Assembly (NCBI GenBank): GCA_951406725.2
Contig: OX597824.1
Location: 4,650,001 to 4,714,000 of the forward strand
Reading direction: 5' to 3'
DNA length: 64,000 bases
Source: Octopus vulgaris
Taxonomy: Eukaryota
Below, piece by piece: positions 13,629 to 25,850 of the stretch. The position numbers and the translations under genes were made by a program. Under the pieces are notes generated by a model. That model was not told where the DNA came from. It was given only the letters and a program-made list of their open reading frames with translations, and did no database searches. The number at the start of each line of letters is the position of its first letter. Position 1 is the stretch's first letter.

Positions 13629-15203
13629 TTATTATAATTAATATTTTCCTTTATATTTTTCATTCTAGTGATACTAAGAATAAGACAGAAATGTTTTAGC
13701 TTAATACAAAGAAATTTTTAAATCAAAAATATTAAACCTATTTTTTAAAAAAATGCAATAAAATGCAAAAATATATTTTAAAAAAAAAACAAAAAAATGC
13801 ACACACTTTTTGATGAACAATTTCAGAAATTTATTTTGATCCAAATTTTCCCAAATACCTTTAACTTCATTTTTCCCAACTCCTGTTTGGTAGCTAACCA
13901 CAAGGTCAATATCATACTGCTTTTTTTCCAATATACTGAGAGTCAACATTTGCTTGCCATATTAAAAGCAACAAAGGACTGTAATCACAGGTAAATTTTT
14001 CAGATGATTTTCTTTGAAGTTGATGAAGCATTTTAACACCTTTTCCAGTTCTTCTTAATTTTCTTTCAAAAAAAAACTGTGATTCTTTGATTCAAAGTCA
14101 ATTTTTCACCTTACTCTCCCATTTTTGACCTTGCTTTTTTTTACCAAACTTTTTTCTTTTTCTAACAAACCAAATTTCAATTACTTTATCTCAAAATGAA
14201 GTTTAGGACCCAACCATCAATGCTAAAAAAGCTGCATTCAATTTGGTTGAGAACTGAATTAGTGATGAAGCCTAGAAGTGCTCGTGAGTGACTAAAAGTT
14301 GAACTTGATATATCCATCCACTTTTGTGGGAGAATGATGATGATGATGATGATGCTGGAGGTGGTGGTCATGGTTGTGGTGGCTGCTAATTCAATTTTGA
14401 GGGGAGGAGTTTAATTGCTACCATTGATCCCAGCACTTGACTGGTACCTTATTTTAAAGATCTCAAAAGGATAAATGCAGTTGGATTTGAAGTCAAGACA
14501 TAAAGAATTGGACAAAATGCAGTCAAGCATTTTCTCTGACACCCTAATAATTCTGCCAACTGATCAAGCTAAAGATGATGATGATGATGATGATGACAGG
14601 GATTAAAGCTGTATTCAAATAAAAGAAAAAAAAGCTTGGAAAATTTTTAGTATTTCATCTTAATTGTATATTCAAGAAACAATCAGTGTAAATTTAGCAG
14701 CAACTTGTAATAAATGTTCTTTTGCTAATTAAATATTAGATGGTCGCATCTACTGGACAGCTAATTGTCACTACATTGAAACTTTTCTCTTTTCTTCCTA
14801 AATAATTAAGTTGAGTGTATAGTAAGTTTGTATCTGGTGAACATTTTGATGAGTAAGTTCTACCAGAGTTTCTTGCATTGGGAGATCAAAACAAACTGTA
14901 TATCACAAGCATTTGTGACACCTTCCCTGAAGTAATCCTTCAGTAGTTTGTATATTATTTTCACAAAATCATACTTCACAGGAACTTGATGAAATTTCAG
15001 GAAGCTGAACACAATACCCTTGTTACTTCCTACACAGAAACATGGTACAGTTTTCTTATATTTCTTTCAGTGTTCACTATTTTTCCCTCATTTTGGTCTA
15101 ATGACTCTCCATGTTTGCCTTCATTTGGTTTCCTTGTATGTCTCCACTGTCCTGTTTTTGTCCCCAACTTTGATCCTCCATAAAATTCAAAATTTATTTT
15201 AGA

Positions 15204-15587
15204 CTAGCAGTATCGCCCGGCGTTGCTCAGGTTTGTAAGGGAAATAACTATAAAGCATTTTTAGAGAGTTATAGCCAAAAAATAGCAAAAAAATGGAAAA
15301 AAATGATGGTAAATTTTTTTTGAGATTTAAAAAAGGTAGAGTTGCGTCCCCTAGACAGTTTGTGGTTCGTATTCCTAATTCTCGACCCCATGTCGAATTT
15401 ATTGATTTTTTTCAGAACTGGGGGAACTTTTCAAAATTTTCGCTGCGTTAGTTTTGAATTATGACATTGGGCTATGTGTGTGTCAAGTTTCATCAGAATC
15501 GGTTGAAAGCCGTGGTCAGGGTGAGAGTACAAGCAAACAGACACACAGAAACACGCACAGACAAACTGCCGTTTATATAGAGAGAGA
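15204..15587 (-). mobile_element. Non-autonomous Helitron
   Basis: Minus strand starts A|TC...TATATAAACGGCA and ends in hairpin CCTGAGCAACGCCGGG..CTAG|T; no TSD. Confidence 0.85.
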
Positions 15588-15790
15588 TTTTATTGGGAGC
15601 AAATGTCTTTGAAGACTCATATTGTCAATGAATGCTCGAAATGAGCAGTAGAGAGACAGCCAACAACTGATGAAGGGTCGTTCTTTGTGTTACTTGTCCT
15701 GTTTTCAATTTTTCCCTCTTGTTATTTGCATATTTAACTCGCTTGTTTTCACACTTCATGTTGTTTACAGTTGGTAACGTCTTGTACTCG

Positions 15791-15837
<47 letters not shown>

Positions 15838-15841
15838 CATA

Positions 15842-16425
15842 ATCATCATCAGCAGCATCGTTTAATGTCCACTTTCCATGCTGGCATGAGTTGGACAGTT
15901 TGACTGAGGACAGGCAAGCTGGGAGGCTGCACTAGATTCCAATGTGAGCTGATCTACAGCTGAATGCCTTTCCTAATGCCAACCACTCAGAGTGTAGTGG
16001 GCGATTTTTACATGTCACCAGAATGGAAGCTAGTCAGGCAGCACTGGCATTGGTCACCCTCGAATGGAACCTTTTGTGTTCCACCAGCATGGGTGCCAGT
16101 CAAGTGGCATGGCATCGGCCACATTCGAATGGTGCTTTTTACATGCCACTGGCACAGGAGCCAGTTAGGCAGCACTGGCATTGGCTATACTCGAAAGGTC
16201 CTTTTTACATGCCACTAGCATGGGTGCCAGTCAGGTGGCATTGGCATTGACCAGGACTACGATTTCACTTGGCTCAACAGGTCTCCTCAAGCACAGCATA
16301 TTGCCTGACGATTGAAGGGATACTTTTAAATAGACCAGTTATGCGACACTGTTATCGGCCACGGCTACAATCTCACTTGGCTTGCCAGGTTTTCTCATGC
16401 ACAGTATATCCCCAAAGGTCTCAGC
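15842..16425 (-). mobile_element. SINE-like repeat, family C with expanded internal ~65-70 bp array
   Basis: Family C tail reversed plus about four TTTTACATGCCAC..GGCA units. Confidence 0.8.
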
Positions 16426-19400
16426 CACATATCATGTATATGCAAAAAGAATATTCCTTTTATTTGAGGGATGATATATCACAGTAATCTTTTGTTCCAA
16501 AATTTCAAAGGTATAGTCTTCTGAATGTGACACCATGCTACAGTAACCCTTTGTAGAGAGGCTACAACTCTTTGTTAATGTTGGTACTATTTTCCATTTT
16601 GCAGGATACATATCTATACATGATTTTTGTTGACATGTAGTGTATTTATCTTCCTATTCTTTATAAATTTACAGTTAAAGCATGAAAAGTTTCGCCAGAA
16701 ATAAAGTTGTGATGTGAAAAAGAATGTTAATCAACAAAAATATGATTAAAAAAATTTTTATAACAAGCATGAGAAACAACTTCAGGCATTGTTTTAGTAT
16801 TATTCTGACCTCATTAGCAAAGTTCAGTTTTCACCATGCTTACTGAAGTAGTTATGAATATATCACAAATTAAATGTTCAAGAGTGTACACTTATTATCT
16901 CAAAAAATAGACACATTTGGAAATTAAATGACTCAGAGATGTCATTCACACAAAAAATAATTGGAAAGTTAGTAGTTACTTAGTTACATAGAGTATTAAA
17001 GAGTTAATTTGAAGAACAAATGTTAAGAAAAAAGTTAGATCAAGTTTGGACAGAAGCTACTTTTTTCAGTAATCACCACACAACAGAATATGGGATTCTT
17101 CCAAATGATTTCACCAAACCAGAAAAAAATTTGCCTAAAATATATGTATACATGTATCAACATATGTATTTATATGAAGGAAAAGAGAACAGATAGCAAA
17201 TGAGAACAAGTTTTCAGATGCTTAAATACACACACACACACACACACACACACTTATGCAATACTGGATCCTCTTATTCAATAAAACACAGTGACTGGTA
17301 TAAGGGAATTCTGCATTTGGTATTACTTGATAGGAATGCATGAGAAAAGATGGAATTTCATTACGGAACAGCACTATAACCTTCATATGTCAGAATGGCT
17401 TCTTGTTAAAAAAACTTTTGGCAAGAAAAGTCAATATTAACATGAAAGCATGATCAGTAGCCAGAGGATCACATTTTCAAATTATGCCAAAAATGGAAAG
17501 GGTGTATAATAACCAAGGGAAATAACTCCAGTAACCCTATATTTGTGTGACACAAAATATATAAATACTCAACAGCATCTATTATAAGAGTGATATGCAT
17601 GTTGTTATTCATATAATCATTCTTTTAATTTGTTGCTGGTTTTAGTCTTTGGACTGTGGCCAAACAACAGTATTCCTTTAGTCATTTTAATTACATTGGT
17701 CCCAATACTTCATCTACTATTAATTTTATTGACCACTTTTTAAAAAAGGTAAGCATCACATGATATTTTTGTTCAAAATACTGATTTATCAGTAATCTTT
17801 CACTAATATATACAGTGTCTATCTTCTAACTTGCACTTACAAGACAAGAACTGCAGTAGAAAACACTTGTTCAAGTAGCTATAAAGTGGGAATGAACCAC
17901 AGAGATGCAAGGCTGAATTCCTAACCACACAGCCATTATGCACCCCTGTATCTGCATGAATGCATTTTTTTGCATGTGCATGTGTGTGTAAAAGAGAGAG
18001 AGAAAGAGATGGAGGGCATGTGTGAGTCATGTATGAGTGTATCACTGTGTGTTTTGTGTATGTGTCTGTGTTTGAGTATGTATGTTTGACAGTGTGTGTA
18101 CATTATCTGTGCTAGGGGAGGAAAAAAGACAGAAAGTAACAATAACAAGCAAGCACCCCCCCCCCCCAAGCCACACACTGTCTTAGTAGTCCCACTATAC
18201 TCACCTCCTACCTCCCCATTCCTGGCTCAAGAATTGGATAACAGAAAATATAAAAAATGTGTAAATCCGTACAAAAACACACACTCTTAAAACTGCAAAC
18301 AAACATTTAAGAATCAACCCTGACTTGCCCATCACTGAGACGACATAAAAAGAGTATCTAAATTTAAAAGCAAAAAGCATTTACACTATAATTAAACGGC
18401 TCACAATAACAGTAAGTCATTGTTCACAAACTGTCTTCATCCATAATCTCGTTTTTCCTCCCACCAACCTAACCTTAAAAAGAGACAAGGGAACAAAGGA
18501 GGGAGTGGCATTAAAGTGGGCACAGGCTGTATCAGATATCAGATTCTGAGAGGAAGGTCAGACAGTGAAATGGAAAGGTGAAAAGAAAAGATGCTGACTA
18601 GAAAGCTAAAAAGACAGAGTTACAGATGATTAGGTTATAGAACCTGCCAGTGCAGCCAGTTAGGATAAACTACAGGGATGCGGTATTACAGAGCCTTACT
18701 CAACCCATCAAGTATCAACAATCCCCGCATTCACCTCAGTATATCTTCCTACTGTCTTTTTAGAGCAGAACGGTTTGTGTCTTTTGAGACACACGTGCAT
18801 GGATGCATGTATGCACACTCATTCACTCACACACACACACTAACAAAAGAATACACTCCAACCTACATATTTACAGGGTGGTCACAATGAATGCTTGCTT
18901 GTCTGGTGAAGGAAAGAAAATAAAAAAAAAAGTTATAAATCATTATTAAGTTAGGAAAATTCAAAGGTAATAACTGCGCATGAAAGAGACAGTAGAAACG
19001 GTAACGCTTCTATTTATACACAGATGGCAAACCCAAACTTTCACCTAAACATACACAGAATCACTAAGTATTGGAAGTATCACTTATGTTTCTTTGAAAA
19101 TCTTTAAACCACTGGCATCCAATGATCTTGATGAACCTACTACAATAATAAAAATAAAAAACAATTAACATACACCCCCTGCAAAAAAAGGGTATCACAC
19201 AAACGTACATAAAAGTAGCCAATATACACCATATAACACACATTTAATATACTACAATACAACACTAATGATGTGAAAATCACTTTCATGCAACCAAAAA
19301 AAAAAACCACTTTATAGCAATGATACAGGAAACAAATTAGTTATCAAAAACAGGACTCTTCAAGCCCTAATTAAATACTATTAAAGCAGGTAAGGTCAAA

Positions 19401-22400
19401 ACAGTGAGGCTTCTGAACATGAAATTCGCGTAGTACATATAAATCAAATGTGCACACCCACCACACAGTGTGACAATACTCTAAAAAATGCAAATATTCT
19501 TGATAAAATCCAGCAAAATGAAAAATGTTATATAATAAACTGAGACACAGCACCACCAACCTCATCAGCCATTAGCTCCACATTCTAACAACTTCACACA
19601 TACCTAAATGCCATCACTGGGAAGAAATTCAATGTACACTTTGCATCCTGGTAGGAAAATAGTACATGTAACATAAAAGAGAATGGCCAATAGTATTATA
19701 ACTAAATGTCCTTTAAACAACCCCACACCAAGCAACACACCACTGCCACATTGAACTAACTAAAAACATTCCTCTCCAGATATCTCTTTCTGCTCCTCAT
19801 ATCTAAGCATTTTAACCATGTAGCAAATGAACCCCTTGCTCTCCTTCACCTATCTGCTCATAATCTCAGTACTCACCCTAGAATCATTAAACAAATGAAA
19901 AACATTTACATAAACTTTTTTAAAAATCCTATTTGAGTCACTTCCACCTGGTGACCAAATTAGAGTTTCTAGAATTCAACAACACCACAATCAAAAATGA
20001 ATCAACGAGAAAGCTTCTACAAAAATAACTCAACCTGTTAGAAGTGGCAACCAAATATCCTCAAATAACAACCTAGCATCATAAAAACAAAAACAAATTA
20101 AGTACACACTGGATAAAATAGTCAAGGATATACAAAAGGATGGGTATAGTCAAGACTGAAACAGAGTTGATCAGGAGTTTCCTTAAGGCTAACTTGGGGC
20201 TCATCAACACCATCATACATACAAGAAATCCATGGGATCTATGCAGTTACCTACAGGAACTAGTTTGAAGATGGTAGGAACAACCTGCAAGAAACTGCTT
20301 CTTAAATGTCCCTCAAATCACATACCATTGTCTGATAAATGAACACATTGGATAATGTGACTCCGGATGCACTTATTATAAAGACAAGTGACCAATGGTA
20401 GAACATGTTTCAGTAGAAGTCTGCTTGAGGTGCGTGTATGTGTGTGTGCATGCACGTGCATGTGTGTGTGCATGCATGTGTGTGTGTGCATGTGTGTGTG
20501 TGTGCGTGTGTGTGTGTGTGTGCATTTGCACACCAATATGTGAGCATGCTTGTGTGTGTGCATGCGTCTGTGTGTGTGTGGATCACATTTATATATGCCT
20601 GAAAAGATGGAGAAGCCTGACTGGATTTGTTTCTTAGTTTGTTGCTGTTTTTCAAACCTAAATCTTTAGTACAGCTTAAATTTGTAGTTGCTGGTTAAAA
20701 AGGGGGGAGGGAGGGATGAGCAGGTGCAAGGTAGATGGATGGCAAGATGTGGAGCAAAAACATACAATTGGGACAATATTTCTTTAAATAACACAAATAA
20801 TAAATGAAATATATAAATACATTGTTCAATAAATTATGTAAATAAAATGCTAAACAAACATAAATAAACCCACTACACACAAATGAGAAGCCTCCACTGG
20901 ACTTGATCATGGCACCCCACAACCCACCTAACCACTTTCCATTTCCATTAATTTCAGAAATATGAACCCAAACTGTTCAGAGCAACTTTGGTATGTTGGA
21001 ATGGGTGAGAAAGGGTTCATGTCCTCTTAACACCGATAAACTTCAAGAACAGTTTTAAATAGTAACTTGTTACTTGTTTGTTATGGTTAGAATCCTACCA
21101 AACTCATATAAGTAGCGGCATGTTTAACTAACAGTGAAAGATGAGGAATGACAGGAAGTCGAAAGGTGTTGTTGATGAGTTTGTGGAATTGCAGGAAGTT
21201 GTTGAGAAATTGTTACAGTTTGTTGAGAGTTGTTTTGGATTGGTTACAGTTGCTGGCAAAGTATTTGGGAATACATCAAGCAGAGACAGTTGGTGCCTAC
21301 TCCGTTCTGTGGTACAATATATCACAGTGTATTAGTACACAACACTAAGGTGACATGTACAGAACCCATGTTATAAAATAGTTAAAGTCTGCCATCTCAA
21401 TCTGCATTTCATCTTGTCCTCCATCTCTGTATGCCATTCAAAATATTCACCTGTCTTTTGTTGGTTATTCAAGTACAGTAAACTTAATGGAGTTTTAAGG
21501 TGAGATGGGCTTCTCATCACATATCATTTTCACTCTTCTATGCAGTCCGTGATGTCATTTTTTCATTTCCACTAAGCAATGATAATTTTCCTCTTTTCTT
21601 TATCCTCTGTCTCCTCTTTATCATCAGAAGTCAACAGGGAAGAATGCACCTGATTGTAGCCTGGGAGAAGGGAGGCCTGGTCATTGGTACTGAGGACAAG
21701 GTGATTTCTTCCATTTTCCTCACAGCTGAGGTTTCTGATGTTTCCAACATTGTTGTTGTTGCTGTTGTTGATGATTCCTTACTACAGCTTCTGCTGGTAT
21801 TGTTGCCACTGCTTCTGCTGTTGTTGATACCCTTGCTACTGGCATTACTGTCTCTGCTGTTATCCACTTTCTCCCTTTCCTTGCCTTCTTAACGCCCCTG
21901 GACAAAAAGCTCTCAAGTGATTCTGACTGCCATGCATTTAAGAGCCAAGGTTTCTACTTTGCATCCAGTTTTATGACATTTCTCTCAGAATTCATAATAG
22001 GACACATCTCTAGTATTATCTTGGTCTTTGGAGATCACCAGGACTTATATGTTCATATAAACCCTATCCTGCCTATACTGTGTCGCAAAAGTGACAAACA
22101 AGGAGTCACAAGTCAATGTTGCCATGAATTTCCCTTGCTGTAACTCTCAAGCCGCATCACACCATGCACCACAACGGCAGCTGATAGGATCGCTTTCTTG
22201 TCTCATTCTCAGTTTTGGAGAATGGGTACACAGTTTCATATACCCTATCAATGAAGTAGACATCATGCCATACATAACCCAGATATCCCTTTTAGTGTTC
22301 TTTTTAGGATATATAGCAGCCCCCTTGTACCTTCTCAAGGTAGAGGCATATCAGCTTCCACTTTATCTACTTTTGGAAGAATTTCCCTGGCAAGGAAATA

Positions 22401-23019
22401 TATTTGTTACATAATATTGTAATACGTCTTTCTTTCACTCAGTACGTCTCAAAACCTTTCTTATGGCTTGTAATGTTGATGAAGAAGTTGTCAGAATGTT
22501 TGTTAATATAGTGAAAGATTGCATTGATGCTAATGTTTTCAATATTTTGGCTTATATTTGTGTACAGATTTGTGTTTGTGGATGTCAAATTTTGATTGTC
22601 TGTGCTTTCAAGTATCTCTTTCTTTGGGTATTATTTTCTCCGTTCATTGTTTTAAAGTTCTGTTTTCTTTTTTTTTAATGCATTTTGATATATTCAAAAT
22701 TTGTATCAACACTTTCACGAATGGAGGCTTTATGCAGAGCTACTTCCTTTCTTTTCTACCTACTACTGCTCTTCCAATAGAAACTGTATTGGTAAAATGC
22801 AAGAAAAGTTATTCAGAAAAATAAAATTATATCTAAAAGACAGACATTTTGTCTATCCCAGGTATTGAGACACAAGTGTTCACGTATCACAAAGATTACA
22901 CAGCCATCCCCGCCATGTTTGCCAAGTAATCTAAGATTGAAAATTCCTCCTGTAAACTTGATAATAATCCAAATCTCTCGGGGTAAAATTCAATAATGAT
23001 GATGATGATAATAATAATA

Positions 23020-23712
23020 TTAGAATCTGACAGGGTATTAACTATAAAAATGAAAAGAGAAATTGAGAAGGAGTACACCAGAATGGCAAGGAAACTAATA
23101 AAGGCTATAAATACTTGGGCAGTATTGCTACTTAAAAATTCAGCAGCTTTTATAAATTGGACAAAATCTGAATTAACAAATCAAAACAAAAGAACTAGGA
23201 ACGAATTCAATATGAATGGAGAACCTCATCCAAGAGCAGGAGGAGCAAGATTACACTTACCTGGAAAGGAAGGTGGTAAAGAGTTAATATCAGTAGAAGA
23301 ATACGTGGAGTTAGCTAGAATAGATATAGACTCCTATGTGGATAATGGTGATGACAGTTTATTAAGAGCTGCTAGAGTCACAGTAGTACACAGGGGAAAC
23401 CAAAAATGAAGTTAAAAACCAGCAAAAAAGAAGAATGATTATCTGACTGGCAAGAGATGGCTTTGCATAGTAGATTCCCCAAAACAATTCCAGGAAATAG
23501 TAATAGTGAGACATGGCTATGGTTGCAGAAAGGGAAGATGAAAAGTGAGACAGAAAGTTTGTTAGTAGCAGCACAAGGTCAAGCATTGAGGACTAATTTG
23601 TTAAAAGCCAAGCTAGACAAAAACCAGATAGATTCACAATGCATGTTGTGTAAATCAAAAGAGGAAAGTGTTATTCATATAGTAAGCAAATGTTTCTTTT
23701 GCAAAGAACTAT
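23020..23712 (+). mobile_element. Decayed Dong/R4-like non-LTR retrotransposon fragment (RT C-terminal region to zinc knuckle)
   Basis: ORFs with IKAINTWAV..INWTKSEL, RLHLPGKEGGKEL, MKSETESLLVAAQGQALRT and CMLCKSKEESVIHIVSKC; follows a (GAT/AAT)n tract. Confidence 0.85.
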
Positions 23713-24479
23713 GAACTTGAACTCAAAGAAATGATAGGCATCTCATACTTTTTCCTTGCCTTCTGTTTGTTTGCATGCCCTACTAATACAGAAACTTGGT
23801 GCACCCAAACATACCCATTATTATTTTTTGAATTGAACATGCCACAAGGCATCCCACATTCTCTTGGTGAGCTACTTATAAATTTATTGCATTCATTACT
23901 GCAATTTTCACCGTTACTCTGAGTTTTGGCCTTACTTTTATTGCTCCAATAATTGATTCCAAAGAAAAATTGGAATTTACTATACTTGTATTTAATAGAA
24001 AAAATTGCTTCCTTTGGATAATTTTCCTTGTAGAATTTGGAATGTTTCATTGCCTGCTCCAATTACCTTCAGATAGAATAATAAGATCTAACTTTGGGCA
24101 TTTTTGCATTTTATATTTTGTACCTGTTTTGCTCACTTGTAGTTAAACACAGCTTTGTCTTATGGAGAGGCAGTGAGATGTGTTTGCCACAGTGGTACTA
24201 ACGAATATTAACAGTTCCATCCCTCAGACACATATACAAAGTTATTGATACCAAGTTAAAAAAAAAAATGAACAAATAGCATTCGTTAAGCAGATATAGC
24301 AAAAATGACAAACAGAAAACAAAATGAGTTTTTCTAGTGTGGCAAGTCACATGTGGTCCAAAGCAAAAGAGATTCAAAACAACTAGGTTATGAGAGACAG
24401 ATCCTTCTTGATCGAGCAACAGAGAGAGAGGATCAGGCAAAAATAAGGTAACATACCTCTGCATAATTAGAAATGGAAC

Positions 24480-25470
24480 TGGTTTTCAAATACATTTAAA
24501 ATAATAATTGCAAGGAACCACTAAGTGATGAAAGTTGTGATTTCCATCATCCACAGCAAAATATATGGGGGTGTTTACTGGATCTTTAACACTAAGTATA
24601 AGGTGATACAACAGGCCAGTTTGGTATGACACAAAGCCGCCATATGCTCATATTACAATATATGGGCCACTATAATACAAGTATGACAATCTGCAGCATT
24701 TGTTATAACATTGGACTCTTGGCTCATTGTTCCTTTTCTAGAGCAATATAGTCAAGTTTTGAGTACACAGAATGAAAACTACACTTCCACAGAATCAATA
24801 GTAATGAGATTGGTAGTGCAAGGAAAACAACATAGCTGTAGTATTGTGGTAGGTCACTTGAGGTTTTTCTGCCCCAACAAAATGAAAATAGAAAAGAGAG
24901 AGAGAGAGAGAGAGAGAATGGTGGATAGTAAAAGGAAGTGCAATGACAACAGAATGTCCCAGATAGAGGCTGCTGTCCCAACAATACCACCAGCCTTACA
25001 AGGCGGTGAGCTGGCAGAAATGTTAGCACACCAGGTGACATGCTTAGCAGTATTTCACCTATCTTTATGTTCTGAGTTCAAATTCAGCTGAAGTCGACTT
25101 TGCCTTTCATCTTTTCGGGGGCGATAAATTAAGTATCAGTTGTGTACTGTGGTTGATCTAAGTGATTGGCTCCCTCCCAAAAATATTTTGGGCCTTGTGC
25201 CTAGAGTAGAAAAGAATACCACCAGCCTTACCACCAGCTGCAACCCTAAAGACAATCAAAGAAGTCACCTCATCCCAGAGCAAGAAGTCAGCAATCAGAG
25301 CCCTTTTTTTCCTAGCCACAACCAGTAGTGCCACCTCAATGTCTTTCATTAATGGGAACATGAACAGTATGCAGGAGTGAAAGTCTGTTGGAGACAATAC
25401 AGAAGGCGGGAAAGGAGAAAGAAAAGACCATTCCAAGTGAAAGCCAGAAGAATGAACAAGGAGAAGACTT
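24480..25470 (+). mobile_element. Possible decayed LINE ORF1 (gag-like zinc knuckle) remnant
   Basis: RLVVQGKQHSCSIVVGHLRFFCP resembles a degenerate CX2CX4HX4C knuckle; interrupted by a SINE. Confidence 0.35.
25000..25214 (+). mobile_element. tRNA-derived SINE, family A (short-tail variant) with 17-bp TSD
   Basis: TSD AATACCACCAGCCTTAC at 24983-24999 and 25215-25231. Confidence 0.9.
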
Positions 25471-25659
25471 TTCACCAAAAAATTATCTTCGTGGATTTGT
25501 GAAGCATCAATGCTTTTCTCTTGAAAATAATGGAAGGCTTCAGTTTATTACAATTCAAGTAGTAGTAGTAATAGTAGTAGTAAATTTCTAATTTGAAAAA
25601 CAAAATAGCATGGGCTCAGTTGGGAAGTTCCACTGTAATTGTTGCATTCTTGAGATATG

Positions 25660-25850
25660 GTACTTTCACATTATCAACTTTTTGGGTTGTCCCCATCAGT
25701 CTGCAAGACATTTTATTCAACAATGATATGGAGCTGTAAAAGTGGCTTAAGGAATTCTTCAAATCAAGGCTACCAATACATTTCTACTATCAAAACATTG
25801 ACAAGGTTGTAAAATGTTGGCAAGAAGTGGCAGACAATGACGAAAAATAA
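25660..25850 (+). mobile_element. Mariner transposase C-terminal remnant
   Basis: FNNDMEL*KWLKEFFKSR..FYYQNIDKVVKCWQEVADND resembles a mariner C-terminus. Confidence 0.65.

Noticed and set aside
21128-22420. S/T/N/Q-rich overlapping ORFs suggesting a large exon
   Set aside because: All frames are interrupted, with no consistent splice sites; more likely a decayed TE ORF or low-complexity DNA
22996-23714. Host protein-coding gene
   Set aside because: The motifs are those of an RLE non-LTR retrotransposon, split by stops and frameshifts
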